Source of the DNA: Eledone cirrhosa
Lineage: Eukaryota
Direction of reading: 5' to 3'
Assembly: GCA_964016885.1 (NCBI GenBank)
Contig: OZ024742.1
Location: 65,596,001-65,660,000 of the forward strand
Length of the DNA stretch: 64,000 bases
A program made the translations under genes and the position numbers. Below the pieces are notes generated by a model, which saw nothing but the letters and a program-made list of their open reading frames with translations, was not told the origin of the DNA and searched no databases. Below are positions 13,782 through 28,197 of the stretch, in pieces (positions within the stretch are counted from its first letter, which is position 1; each line of letters opens with the position of its first letter).

Positions 13782-14355
13782 ATTGATAAAATGGTAGAAG
13801 GGACAAGGTGTTGAAGGAACAAAATATCAAAAAATGTGTCAAACTTCCCATTGTTCAGTTCTGAGAGCATTCCTCAGTCAGAAGTCTATATAATTTTTTG
13901 ATATTTTGTTCCTTCAACACCTTGTCCCTTCTACCATTTTATCAATTTTTAAGCTAACTCCAACAATGACAACACTAATAACTGACCAATGAGAGGAGAA
14001 GGGGACCTGTGACACTAAAATTCGTTTGTTTGAATTCATATGACTCCAGTTCCCCAGTGAATTAACAACCCAACAAGGAACTGGGCATATCAGAGTATTG
14101 ACAATATCATACACCTAAACAACATATGTACTTGTCTATACCATACTAATTCAAACTGCCTGAAGAGGTCACAGCCAAAGATGGCTGTCACTGAAATATA
14201 TATAGCAGTAATAAACGAAGCTAAATTTTAATCATTTGACTTTTATTTAACTTTATTTTACACTACTCCGGAGTAACCAAACCAACCTGCGCACTTCGTC
14301 GAGTGCTCCAGCCTGCATACTGAGGTGTTGGTATACAACCAACATAAACTCAAAA

Positions 14356-14357
<2 letters not shown>
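13781..14357 (+). mobile_element. PLE-like element with inverted 5' segment and hammerhead
   Basis: Inverted repeat 13781-13835 / 13894-13948, hammerhead at 14155-14209, then aataaa and a gagtgc motif, ending in (TA)n. Confidence 0.75.
14155..14209 (+). ncRNA. Type I hammerhead ribozyme
   Basis: actgc CTGAAGA ggtcacagcc-aaagat-ggctgtcact GAAA tatata TA gcagt. Confidence 0.85.
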
Positions 14358-14440
<83 letters not shown>

Positions 14441-14445
<5 letters not shown>

Positions 14446-14640
14446 GATGAGATTCTACAGGACTAGAACTGTTTCATTCATTAGAAATCATCAGGAATCT
14501 CTGTGATTCCTGATGATTTCTAATGAATGAAACAGTTCTAGTCCTGTAGAATCTCATCTATATTAAAACTATTATACTCTGCTATGTATTGAGTACCTTA
14601 CTTACTGTGGTTACCTCCGATTCAACCCGGAATAACGTAT
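14441..14640. ncRNA. Fold-back element F3 with hammerheads on both strands (14451-14499 minus; 14505-14553 plus)
   Basis: gattc CTGATGA tttc-taat-gaat GAA ACAG-ttctagtc-CTGT A gaatc, plus its exact inverted copy. Other copies at 39338-39475 and 45152-45260. Confidence 0.85.
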
Positions 14641-14765
14641 ATATATATATATATAGTTATAATAACAAATTTGAAGACTATTTTAATATATATGTATATA
14701 TATGTATATATAGTGCAAATTTAGACGGGAACAAAACAGAGAGGCAGAGTCTTCACATTTATATA

Positions 14766-14829
<64 letters not shown>

Positions 14830-15176
14830 TTCACTTGACATTCAACAATATTATAACCCTCATTGAATTATTTTACATCTCTACGCCCTTGTGCTTCATA
14901 AGTACACCAGTCTCGGTTTTTCTAATAATAAAACGAAACTTGAATCCAGGGAACTAACATCGAATTTGGGCATTAACAGTTCGATCTCATCGAAAGAAAA
15001 CGAGAAGGAAAATTCCAGAGTAGCGACATATCCAAGGATTGTAACGTGAAGATACTATAGGTTCACCCAGGTGACCACTCGATGCTTTAGGTTCTCGTAA
15101 GTGACGAGGTATAGAGCTAGACCGAGCGTAATATAATAATAAATTTATTATATATATAGAGTGATAGAGAGATATT

Positions 15177-15275
<99 letters not shown>

Positions 15276-16820
15276 GTGTGTGTGTATATATGTAGGTGTG
15301 TATGTATGTATGCATGTATGTATATATGCGTGTGTGTATGTGTGTGTTTTTGTGTGCATATATATATATATATGTAGATATATGTACGTATGTATTTATA
15401 TATGTATGCTGGCATATATGTACACGTACATATTAAATATTGAGCTACATATGTGACGTGTGATTCAATGAGAATGAGAAAGTGACAGAGTGAGAACTGG
15501 AAGAAGAGTAAGAGAGAGAATCAAAAGGATGTAAAGACTGGAAAAGCGTCATTAAGAGAAAGAGAGAGAGAGAGGGTGGTGGTGAGAGGGGGCGGATAAT
15601 GTGTGAGCGTGAGCGAGGGAAGCCAAAGAGATAAACATGGAAATGTGCTTGAGAATAGAGAATGGAAACACCTCCACAAACGTACCCAACCTCCCAAACC
15701 CGGTTCTCAGAATTTATATAATCGTATTTATTGAATAGAGTGACCGTTGGTAACCTTTCGTTACCTATGCTAACCTTAGACCGTTTGAGTTCTTTGAAGT
15801 GCTTCAGACCAATAGTGAAGTGATTATATTCAAAGCGGTGTTTTTGTTGGTGGTGCCATTGGTTTTACTCTGGTGGTGTTAGAGCTATGGAGATCTTAGT
15901 GGTAGCGGTGGTGATGTTAATGTTGGTGAAGGCAGTGTTGGTGGTTTCGCATTATTTAAGTTCACCATTTTGCTTTTTGACCTGACTCGATCATTCAAAC
16001 ATACACACTGACATATACTCACATACAAATACATAAATGCATAATTAAATATGAACATACATATATAGATAGCAACATATATACATAGCACTCATATATA
16101 AACACACATAAACTCACATTACATATTCACATATTCACAAACGCTAACAAAAAATCTTGTCACTTTGGTTTGAATTCTGTGAAAAAATAATTTGAATAAA
16201 TCTCAAGGAAAAATAAATGCATGAGGGTAAAAAATAAATAGAAACACAGTCGGTTTCTACGGTGAGTTTTCCAGTTGTTCTATCAACTATGTATACTGAA
16301 AGAGGTTGAGTATTCACAAACATCTGTATCTTTAATGTAATCGTCAGACAGAATGTGACACAGTATGACATGGCTGGGATCTTTGAATTATATGTGCATT
16401 TCATTTGATTGGCTTCCTCGCAGATTCCATCTCCCCACAATATCTCTCAAAATATTTGAGTCAACTCGAGGCTGTAGTAAAACTTACTTTCCTGAATCGA
16501 GGCACAATGTGGTCGAAATTATGACTGAATCGTACATCCTGCATGAAGTGTATACATACAAATAGAATATCACAATCTAAATATGTTGAGTGGTAAAAAC
16601 CCAAATCAACTGACACTTCTCTTGCAATGTCAAGAAACTGCCTTTAGATGCATTCAAACAGGAGGAGCAAGCAAAAGAGTTAGCCTCTGTAGCCTGAGCA
16701 GATCCAAGTGAATGGAACAGTTTAAGATAATGCAATTGGAGTGGACCATGAAAGACAAAATGGCAGATTTGTTGACTATATATGAATAATTGTGTTTATT
16801 GGCGTAGAATTAACATAGTG

Positions 16821-17145
16821 TCTATGTATGTATGCATGTATGTATGTATGTACGTATGTACGTATGTACGTATGTATGTATGTTTGTATGTATATCTGTA
16901 TGCATGTATGTACGTATGTAAGTATGTATGTATGCATGTATGTATGTATGTATGTATGTATGTATGTATGTATGTATGTATGTATGTATGTATGTATGTA
17001 TGTATGTATGTATGTATGTATGTATGTTTGTATGTATGTATGTATGCTTGTATGTATGTATGTATGTATGTATGTATGTATGTATGTATGTATGTATGTA
17101 TGTATGTATGTATGTATGTTTGTATGTACGTGTGCATGTACGTAT
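16821..17145 (+). repeat. (TATG)n tetranucleotide microsatellite
   Basis: Direct reading of the sequence. Confidence 0.95.
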
Positions 17146-17597
17146 TTACACACAATACTATACAATAACAACAGCAGCATTTCCAATCATCCCTGTGACC
17201 AGGCTTTACCACCAGACTCTCTGACCACCACAACAACAATACGTCTAAAACCAACATCAACACTAATACCAACAGAAGACCAAGCGAAGCAGCAGCCACG
17301 TATTTGGTCAGTTGTCCACATTAATCACCTGATTGACGAATACTGTGTACTGAAATAACATACCTTAACGTCCAGTGGGTGGTCTGTTGTGTGTATAATT
17401 TCGCAAGCATTGGTCACTTCTACGATGCATTTGTCGAGGTCATTAGTCATTGCAGACAATGACGAGGTTAAATAATATACTCACATCGTTGATTACATTT
17501 CTACTCGATGTGTCTGTATATGTGTGTGCATATGTATGTGCGTGCGTGTGTATATATAGACATATGTTTAAATACACATATAATAATAGTAATTATA

Positions 17598-17877
17598 ATA
17601 AGTTTCTCGTTTTGGTAAAATACCTGCAGTTTGAAGGGGAGAGGGAAAGTCGATTAAATTTACACCAGTATGTTCCTGGTACTTTATTTTATGGATTCCA
17701 TAAGGATGAAAGGCAAAGTTAAACTCGGTGGTATTTGAACTCAACAGTAACAATGATTTCTGATCTAGGTACAACGCCAGCAATTTTGGTGGAGGGGAAT
17801 GTCGATTAAATCGACCTCAGTGTTTAACTGGTACATTTATCAACTACAGAAGGCTGAACGGCAAAGTTTACCTCGGG
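17598..17877 (-). mobile_element. Two tandem truncated tRNA-SINE copies (long form)
   Basis: The SINE core ataaggatgaaaggcaaagtt occurs once, followed by a diverged version. The gtcgattaaat palindromic segment occurs in both copies. Confidence 0.75.
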
Positions 17878-18579
17878 GCCGGGGAGGTCAAATTTGGATT
17901 TTATTCTTAACGGTTGTATGGCAACTATTTCTATGAGGTTCAGATATGTAATTACAAACGCCACAATGTTGAGATTTGAAGGTATTTTGTCTTTTATTTC
18001 TAGTTAAACCAAATAACACACAATGTTCTCTCTACCTCGCTTTCCATAATTTTGTATGTGGATGTGTCGGTGTGTATTTATATTATATATGTGTGTATGT
18101 ATATGTGCGTGTGTATATATAAACACACATAAGATAATTGTTTCTACTTTAGGCACAAAGCCAGATAATACAATATATTTTGAATAGATTTAGTGGTTAT
18201 TTCTGTTATGTCTTGCAACCACGTAGTGATTTCTTTGTCGAGTCATTCGTGCGCACTCGCACATGTACACCCCCCCCCCCCACACATACACTCATATTCA
18301 TACAATACAACACTAAGAAGTCGTAATGACACTGTTTGATGAAGCTTGGAAGACTACGGTGAAGTCAATAAAATCGACCTCAGTATTTGACTGGTACATT
18401 ATTTTATCAACAACAGAAGAATAGAGTTAGAGCTGATCTTCAGATTTTTTTACGGTACGATTGCCTATTTTGTTTATGTAGTAAGCCTTATGACTGCTAG
18501 CGAATTTAAATGTAACTAACGGAGATGAGAGCTAATGACAGATATAGTCTATGTATGCATTTATGTATGTGCAAAGCCT

Positions 18580-18742
18580 TTCCGCACTTAAAAAAGCTTC
18601 AAGCAGAGGCATCGCTTGATATGTTACATTTTTTGCGATACATGGTATTGCTGGCTACAGGCAAGTCCCTAGCAGGTCTAAAAGGCCACATCCATGTGAA
18701 TCAAGCGATGACATTACCCGAAATCGAGTTGCAACCAACATC
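18580..18742 (+). mobile_element. RTE-like 3' end (diverged subfamily) with (ATGT)n tail
   Basis: Encodes GKSLAGLKGHI. The terminus cccgaaatcgagttgcaaccaacatc-atgt parallels ctcgaaaacgagttggcagccacc-atgt. Confidence 0.65.
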
Positions 18743-18918
18743 ATGTATGTATGTATATATGCCTACCTACCTACCTACCTACCTACCTACCTACCTACCT
18801 ACCTACCTACCTACCTACCTACCTACCTACCTACCTGCCTGCCTGCATGCATGTATGTATGTATGTATGTATGTATGTATGTATGTATGTATGTATGTAT
18901 GTATGTATGTATGTATGT

Positions 18919-19524
18919 CAGGTCACCAGTTGGTGCTACTGGTAACATGTATCCCAGTACAACCTGTCCCATGGTCGGGTCGTTGGCGACTAAACTGGCA
19001 ACCCCACCAAGGTTTCTTGGTGAGGAGGGTGACTTTGGACATCCTGCAGGACTAAAAACAAGACCTGTCAAAGGGCAAAGGAGCTCTTAAGAGTCAATGG
19101 CCATCCAAAATCACCGGGAGAGATGACCCCTTAGCCTTTGTCAAGGCAGAATTCTAGGAGAAGGAAAACTCTGATATAACACCTGCAACTCTGATGGTAT
19201 CCAATGATGTTGACTTGTTCTTCTTTTTGGTAAATATCATCTTGGTTAAGAGAGTGGGACTGGCTTTGTGCAGTGCCTTTGCTCACTATAAAAGCTTCAC
19301 GGCACAGGCATTGCTTTATATCTGGAGATCTCTCTGCACTTGTCGTCACAGGGTACCATGGCCCCAGCACTATGTGTCAATATTTGTCACAAGTGTAGTG
19401 TTTGTACCAGAGTTTTCAAGTCGCTGGCTGGACTAAAAGGTCACACTCGTTCAGTGCATCGGTAGGGGTTCTCCTATATGGATATAAAGTAGTGGCCGTA
19501 CTCGAAAACGAGTTGGCAGCCACC
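18919..19524 (+). mobile_element. ~606-bp RTE-derived non-autonomous retroelement in (ATGT)n
   Basis: Full-length twin at 50148-50753. It has an RTE-like 5' UTR motif ggagaaggaaaactctga, and the 3' part encodes the C2H2 terminus HKCSVCTRVFKSLAGLK(S/G)HTRS.H. Confidence 0.85.
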
Positions 19525-19646
19525 ATGTATGTATGTATGTATGTATGTATGCATGCATGTATGTATGTATGTATGTATGTATGTATGTATGTATGTATGT
19601 ATGTATGTATGTATGTATGCATGCATGCATGCATGTGTGTGTGTAA

Positions 19647-19709
<63 letters not shown>

Positions 19710-19764
19710 TGTGTGTGTGCGTGTGTGTGTGTGCGTGTGTGTATGTGTGTGTGTATGTGTGTGT

Positions 19765-19805
<41 letters not shown>

Positions 19806-19819
19806 TGTGTGTATGTGTG

Positions 19820-19911
<92 letters not shown>

Positions 19912-20545
19912 TTTATCAGGGCATTCATTCCATTCATACAAAGATATGCCATGGTCTACTATAAAAATCACTTACTGTATAGTCTGCAAAAGTTCATCTT
20001 TTAAGTGAAGTCGTTAGGGGCAATTTTGATAGAAGACAATATTCTTCTATCATTTAAAATGTCGTTCAATTTTCACATGTAGACGTCTATATTTAATGAA
20101 CATTAATGAACATTTTTGATTTATGTCTTACTGATGATGTTAGTAAGTACACTAAAAGCAACCCGAGGTGACATTATTAAAACCTAACTTATATTAGTTT
20201 GACACCGTTTTTAATATCTTTAGAAAGTAAATGCACACATCAGCTATTGCTGCTATTCATATAATTTAATATTTAAGGGATTCTATATAGTTTCAAATTT
20301 AGGTTCTATATTGATAATTCTGTATTTTATTCCATTACATTTTGAAGTGTTTTACTATTTTCAACGTTATTGTTGTTAATACCGTAGTTGATGTTGCTGT
20401 TATTGTTGTTTTTTTATTATTGACATCATTTTTGTTGTTGTCTCGTCCAGAGAAAGTTTAAATCGAACATACCGAAGGTCTTCCAGCTGAGACAACATAT
20501 TTCTGTTTATTTAAGACTAAGTTTCACTGTTTAATATCTAATATA

Positions 20546-20713
20546 CCATATTTCCCGGCACCGAAGACGCTTCGGCCTCGAGGACGCACCCTAATTTTGA
20601 CAACCAAAAATTTGAAAAAAAATAATAAACAACCTTCGGCCTTCAGGAGGCATGGTAGATTTTTGAGACTTATTTCAGAAAAAAAGTAGCATCTTCGACG
20701 CCGGGAAATACGG
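20546..20713. mobile_element. Tc1/pogo-type MITE
   Basis: TIRs ccatatttcccggcaccgaaga / tcttcgacgccgggaaatacgg, flanked by a TA duplication. Confidence 0.8.
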
Positions 20714-21284
20714 TACTTCGTTATTCAAGCCGGTAGAGTTTCATTACAGAGAGATTTGGCTGTTAATTCTAGCAGATCATGACGATCACATAGGTGCTCT
20801 CTCGTCTCTTTAGCCAATGTGTTCTTTAGCCCCGACACCACGGAAATAGTTTCAAACCACAACTCAAAGAGAGGGACGGAGAGAGATAGAGGCAGAGTGA
20901 TATTGAAAGAGAGAAGAAGGGAGATATTCATAGAGATAGTGAGAGAGAACTACAGAAAGGGTAGAGTACATAAGGAAATACATTTAGATATGGATAGAGG
21001 AGAGAGAAAAGAGGTTATGTTACAAATCCAAAAGAAGGGTTAAACCACCAATCTAGGATTCGTCACTTTTCCATATCACCCAGTATCTCTAGCTTTCCTA
21101 AGCGTTCCTTCTCTTTTTCTACAGGATGAAGAAATTATAATTTAGGACAATATGCTTAAGATTTATCGATAGGAAACCTAGAGAACCTAGAGAAACCTGA
21201 AAGAATTGATATATTACTGCTATATTGCCTGTAGGATGGTGATTAATAAATATATGAATATCTATGGGAGTTGGTTTTGTAATA

Positions 21285-21336
<52 letters not shown>

Positions 21337-21785
21337 ATAATAATAAATTTGAAGACTAAAATCCAAAGAGGGCTCGATGTGGTAGGAGGGCTCGATGTGG
21401 TAGCTAAGTATATGTTATGTTTATACCATTACCTATTTGCTTAGGTAGGTATATATTAACTAGTTGTTTTGTGAAGGGAACGTTTCCACGAACCAAAGTA
21501 TCGTCTTCCTGTCTTCCTCCGGTTGCAACGTTTTTTGAAATATCCACTTCTGCGTTTATATAAAAATATATATATATATTTATATATATATTCTTTTTAT
21601 AGTAACCCCCTCTCACTTACATTATCATAAGTTATTTGACAATTTATAGAACTCCTATTCTTAGAACTCTTATCATTTCTAAACTCTCCACGCTGTGAAG
21701 CCATATTTAATTTTATGATAGGCTGAATGAGTTGGGATAAACAACACAACGAAGCTTAAGTACCTGTACATATCACTGTTGTAAC

Positions 21786-21838
<53 letters not shown>

Positions 21839-21971
21839 CGGTGTGTATGTTTTTGCATCTGATGATAATTCTAATACTTTTACGAGCCGTGTATGCGCAC
21901 GCGCGCACACAAAACATTCATACATACATATATACAATACAGACAGACAGGCACACACACAAACACACACG

Positions 21972-22014
<43 letters not shown>

Positions 22015-22037
22015 GCTCACACACACACACACGCGCT

Positions 22038-22084
<47 letters not shown>

Positions 22085-23001
22085 CTTCATAATGCCAAAA
22101 CAAAAAACATTAAACGAAAAAACAAATGATAAGATAGCTAAACAACACAAATTGAAAATATATTCAAAGAACCTACAAAAGTATAAAATATCGGGAGACA
22201 AAAGAAAATGAGATTATTGTATTGTGAGTCTCAACAAACCTCATAAACAAACAAAACATAATCAAAATAAACACACAAAATAAAGAGTAAAGCAAACTAA
22301 TAAAAGGGATAGAAATACACATACACATATACAAATAATAAAATGGCGTCTTTAGTAAGGGGAGTTAAACATGTTTATTTCTATTGAGATTCATTTTATG
22401 TTAATAGCTTCATTTTGTTTATAGTTTTTAGAAGATATTTAAGGAGACTCCAGACAAAGTTCTCGCGCCATATTCCAAACCAGACCCGACACAACAACTT
22501 GTTTTGTCTTCTCTTCTCTCTGGCTGTTCAATAGCCGATAAGCATTACGGAAAATATTGGTCAGTTTATCAGCGAGGAATTGTATCGTTTAGCAAGAGAG
22601 CAGTCGCGTTTGGATTTCATCTTTTGTTGTAGTTTGGTGTGTTAAAAGTGTGTGTGTGTATATATATACATATATTATATATACATATATACAATGTAAT
22701 GCATTATATACAACATATTATATATTCATACACAAACAAGCTCACTCACACAGAGACGAACTGACACACACGCACACACACACATACACACACATATTTA
22801 TATATATACATACACACACACATACCCATATATATATATTTTATCCCGAGTTCAGTCTTTTTCGTCGTTATGGTCACTGCGGCCCTTTTATCGGTCGCTG
22901 TCTTCAATTTGCAAAGCCGTCTAAACGTAATGTTATAACTCTAAGGTAATATACCTTATTGAGTGCTGAGCTGAAACCAGAGCTTCGATGATGCTGTACT
23001 A

Positions 23002-23060
<59 letters not shown>

Positions 23061-23620
23061 GTATATGTGTGTATGTGTATGTGTGTGTATGTGTATGTGT
23101 GTGTATGTTTTTGTGTGTGTGTGTGTGTGAGTTTGTGCGTACGTCTGTGTGTGTGTGTGTGCATGTAAGTACATATCATATATATGCTCGCTGACACAAA
23201 TATACCCCATATACATCCAAGCAATTCACAACACATTTACCATCAAACAATTCATACCAACCTCTTCTCTCAGCCAATTCTTCTTCTCTGAAGAATCTCA
23301 GTCCGGTCTAGACGTTGCTCGATGCTATCAAAGTTAATTCTTTGGTGAAACAGCTTATTCGCTACTTTACTTTTATTATGAAATAAAACCATTAGAAAAC
23401 AGAAACAAACAGCAAAAGAAAACAACTCAAACATAAATGTATCAAACGTTAGAAGCAACACCCTTAAAACTTTTTCTTCCCTCTCTCTACATTCACACAC
23501 ACTTACATTCATATATATCTGTGTACGTTTATATATATTTATACATGTGCACATCTATGTGTGTATATATGCATAATATATATATGCATATATACATAAA
23601 TGTAAATCTATATCTATATA

Positions 23621-23669
<49 letters not shown>

Positions 23670-23814
23670 GTGAATATATATACCTGTATATATGTATATG
23701 TGTGCGTGTATATATATATACATGCGTGTATATATATACATGCTTACATATACATACATACATACATACATACATACATACATACATACATACATACATA
23801 CACACACGCACACA

Positions 23815-23880
<66 letters not shown>

Positions 23881-24079
23881 ATGATTAAATCGCTGGTCTT
23901 TATAACATAATATGTGGTTTTGGTCTCCTGATATTTCGTAAATCTTAAGTTGCCTGTCGCTTGATTTCTGTCAGACGTAATCACTAGAATTGGAAAACAG
24001 TAGACTTGCTTTACATCAATGTATGTGTCAGTTCAGCGAAAATTCTTCCCCTATCTCTCTCTGTCTCTCTCTGACTCTC

Positions 24080-24135
<56 letters not shown>

Positions 24136-24351
24136 TGTAATAGGTCTAATGTATATATTAGTGCGCATGCGTGTGCATGAGTATATAATTTTATAATGTG
24201 AAGCAATAATCAACAAAATTTTGACCTATGATTTGTGGTTTATGTATCTTTTGGCATATAAAAAAATAATAAAATATAAGCATCGTAAAGTGAGTACGTG
24301 AGTACGTTTCTATAACAATGCCCTTTAAAGAACATTGAAAGATTCGAGACT

Positions 24352-24412
<61 letters not shown>

Positions 24413-24647
24413 TTCTCTAAGTTTGTAGTAGTTAAAAGATTATTAAAGTTTCTACTTGATACTTTAATTTTAGATGCGAGGTTCCCGGGGGTCTCTGTTC
24501 ACCTTTTTCATCTCCAACTGTATTTTACCTGATTTTCTCAACTATTATTTATAGTGATAAACTAATTTATAATTATTTACAAGGGGACGACTACACTTCA
24601 AATTCTCTCTGTGTCATACGTACATACATACAAACAGACACACACAC

Positions 24648-24872
<225 letters not shown>

Positions 24873-25923
24873 CTCACGCACTTATATATTTAAGGATTAT
24901 ACCCTCTGTTGGTACATTAGGATGTTTGTGTGTATCTAGGATAATACATCTAGGATGTTTGTGTGTATCCGAACGCCTACGGGTTTTGTGTCTATGTATG
25001 TTTGCTTTTTTGTTTGTTTGTTTGTTTGCGTGTGTGTGTGTGTGTAGTGTGAGTGTGTGTGGGTGTGTGTGTGTCTGACATATATATGTGGGTCTATTGT
25101 TTTCATGTGTGCACCAACCACACTATTCTATATGTAATGTTTAAGAGGCTCACATTGCGATCATTACGTTCCGACTTCGATCCCACTGCATGCCGTCTTG
25201 TACAAAGGTCATTTGCAGTAGCGTTGCATCGACCTATCTTGAAAGCCGGTTGGTTAGAGTGTATCTGTAATTCAATGGGCCAGTCTTATCACATTGAATT
25301 TCCTTGAGAATTACGTTAAGATTACATGCCACTATGGTATGCTCAGCTAGTTAGACGTTAATTTCATGGTTCTGTTCCATTGATGGAATAACTGGGACAC
25401 ACATTTCGAAACTGACGGTGGCTCTCCGATTAAGTTATATATGTCCATTGTAATATGTTTTAATCGAGCAACATAGAGAACCAGCAAGAGATCATGTCAA
25501 GTATTTCTTGGTCCCAACCAGGAGGCCTAAACTGGGATATAACAACGTTAGGGTAATAAATTTCACGTATGTGAAATTTATATTGTAACATGAGAGGTCG
25601 GTCATCAAAGATTTTTTTCTTGGAGCATATGAAAATTTAATAATGGCTTTATTCAGATTCTAGTTGACATTTTAATGTATTAAGTGATACACTAGCTAGC
25701 ACTCAACGGTCAAACAGACTTCGTATTGCGTCTACCCTATTAAGTAGACTATTATGGTATTCTATTATTTATAATACAATATAATTTCTTTGTATTCAAG
25801 CGAAATCGGAGACACAGAAGATAGCTATGTAAACGATGAAGGGGATACATTAGACATAAACACAAACAATATATAGATAAACATATTATACGTATATATA
25901 CATAACTATATAAGTATACACAC

Positions 25924-25977
<54 letters not shown>

Positions 25978-25978
25978 C

Positions 25979-26056
<78 letters not shown>

Positions 26057-26123
26057 AGAAGTGTATATATAAATTATGCTTGCACACGCAAGCACACACA
26101 CACAACACATAAACTCTCTTTCT

Positions 26124-26154
<31 letters not shown>

Positions 26155-26646
26155 ATCTGTATGTAGTTACATATCATATAGATGTGCAGTATGTGCACAG
26201 TCGTATAAGTACGTATAAGTACGATATATGTATAATGGATACTAAGGAATGTGATAAAAAGCAAATTTGAAACACACACATACAGACTCTCATGCACACA
26301 CACAGATACACGCAGAGATACACTCACATATATCGTTCAAATGATTAATGACGTCCATGATTTAGCTGTCACAGTAACATAACACAATAACTCCAACATC
26401 ACCACGTTGTGTAACAGATTCTGACAACTTACTAACTGGCCGAGATTCTGATGAAATGCCTGGGGATCATAAGATTATATATATATGCAGCCATAAGTAT
26501 GTAGTTAAGGAATTCGCTTCACGCTTACGTGGTACTGAACTCAGTCTCTTTGGGTACCTTGGGTAAGTGTCATCTAGTATAGCTATGGCTTCATCAATGC
26601 CTTGTAAGTGGATTATGATACACGAAATTGTAGAAGCTCACCCTCA

Positions 26647-26688
<42 letters not shown>

Positions 26689-26727
26689 GATATTAACAAA
26701 TGGAAACTATATTTATAAAACCATATT

Positions 26728-26792
26728 TATTTTATTATACATATTTCAAGGACACCACGTTAAATTATGGTGTGCTTTCATCAGACAAAATA
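26728..26792 (-). ncRNA. Type I hammerhead ribozyme (F1)
   Basis: tattttgt CTGATGA aagcacacc...ggtgtcctt GAAA tatgta TA ataaaata, within a TA-bounded unit at ~26688-26935. Confidence 0.8.
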
Positions 26793-26932
26793 CAATATAG
26801 ATCAGTTTTATAAATAAATATTGACATACCCTTAAAAAAATGCAACCATTACTGTTGGAAGCTCCCGGGAGTGCTTTATATCAGTTATAAAAACATTTGC
26901 TTGTTGTATCCCAACAATTTAAATAGAACTTT

Positions 26933-26999
<67 letters not shown>

Positions 27000-27115
27000 A
27001 GAACGAAAGATGGTTAAAAGAGTTCCATGTATTTTATTATGCGCATTTCAAAAACAATGTTGATTTAAAACTGCACTATCCACAAGTGTTTTTTAATCTT
27101 CATATCATGTCTTCC

Positions 27116-27186
27116 TGTTTTATCTGATGAAAACACAAATATTATTGCATGATGATATTTGTTTTTGAAATGCGCATAATAAAATA
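27116..27186 (+). ncRNA. Type I hammerhead ribozyme in fold-back element 26992-27312
   Basis: tgttttat CTGATGA aaacacaaatatt...gatatttgttttt GAAA tgcgca TA ataaaata. Inverted arms at 26992-27057 / 27159-27230. Confidence 0.9.
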
Positions 27187-27309
27187 CATGGAACTCTTTT
27201 AACCATCTTTTGTTCTTATATATTATATATACTTCAGTCCTACAAACTGTAGAGTGCTTCTTATCCGATATCTGCATTGCTTTATTGTACTACAATAAAA
27301 CTCACCTCC

Positions 27310-27354
<45 letters not shown>

Positions 27355-27447
27355 CACAAATTTAAATTTTGAAGACCAACAGAATGCGTATGAAGAATGT
27401 TAAATTGCCAAGATAACAAAAGAATCTTACCTTAGCAAATTTAACGA

Positions 27448-27487
27448 TCCTAAACATTTTCGGGTTTAAAAACCCATTATCAAAGGA
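27448..27487 (-). ncRNA. Hammerhead variant with U3-A8 core (UUGAUAA)
   Basis: tcct TTGATAA t-gggttt-tt-aaaccc GAAA atgt TT agga. A partial inverted copy lies at 27511-27549. Confidence 0.65.
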
Positions 27488-27710
27488 GTAACCCTATGAG
27501 AGACTTAAAAATAGGGTTACTCCCTTGATAATGGGTTTTTAAACCGAAAGGCGGCAAATTGGCTGAGTTCTTAGAACGTCGAAGAAAATGCTCTGAAGTA
27601 TTCGTTCCAACTTTCTACTCTTTCTGAGTTCAAATCTCCGAGTGAGGGAGAGAGAGAGATATTGAGAGAGAGAGAGAGAGATATTGAGATATTGAGAGAG
27701 AGAGAGAGAT

Positions 27711-27840
<130 letters not shown>

Positions 27841-28197
27841 AGTGTGTGTGCAAGTACATGTATCTGTGTCTATGTTTACGTTTGTACCTGTGTCTCTGTT
27901 TATGTCACGTAGCATTTAATAAAAACTTAGATTGATAATTAAGTATCTGACGTGAAATTAATAAGTACTGGGGTGACTATCCCGAAGTAAATCAATGCAG
28001 TCTCCACGCATGGACACAGTCTAGTGATTGAACCAAGTAAACAAATAATAAGAATAAACACATATTTACAAGTAGAATTTTAAAGTGTAAAATTATGAAA
28101 AATACTGTCCATGGGAGTTGAACTAAGTTTCAGTTGTACGTCGGACAAAAGGCGTCGTGGTACGATTGCGGCACTTTATATTTTAAGTCGTTAGTGA

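Noticed and set aside
15762-15778. RFX X-box-like gttacctatgctaac
   Set aside because: A single imperfect match, expected by chance in 64 kb.
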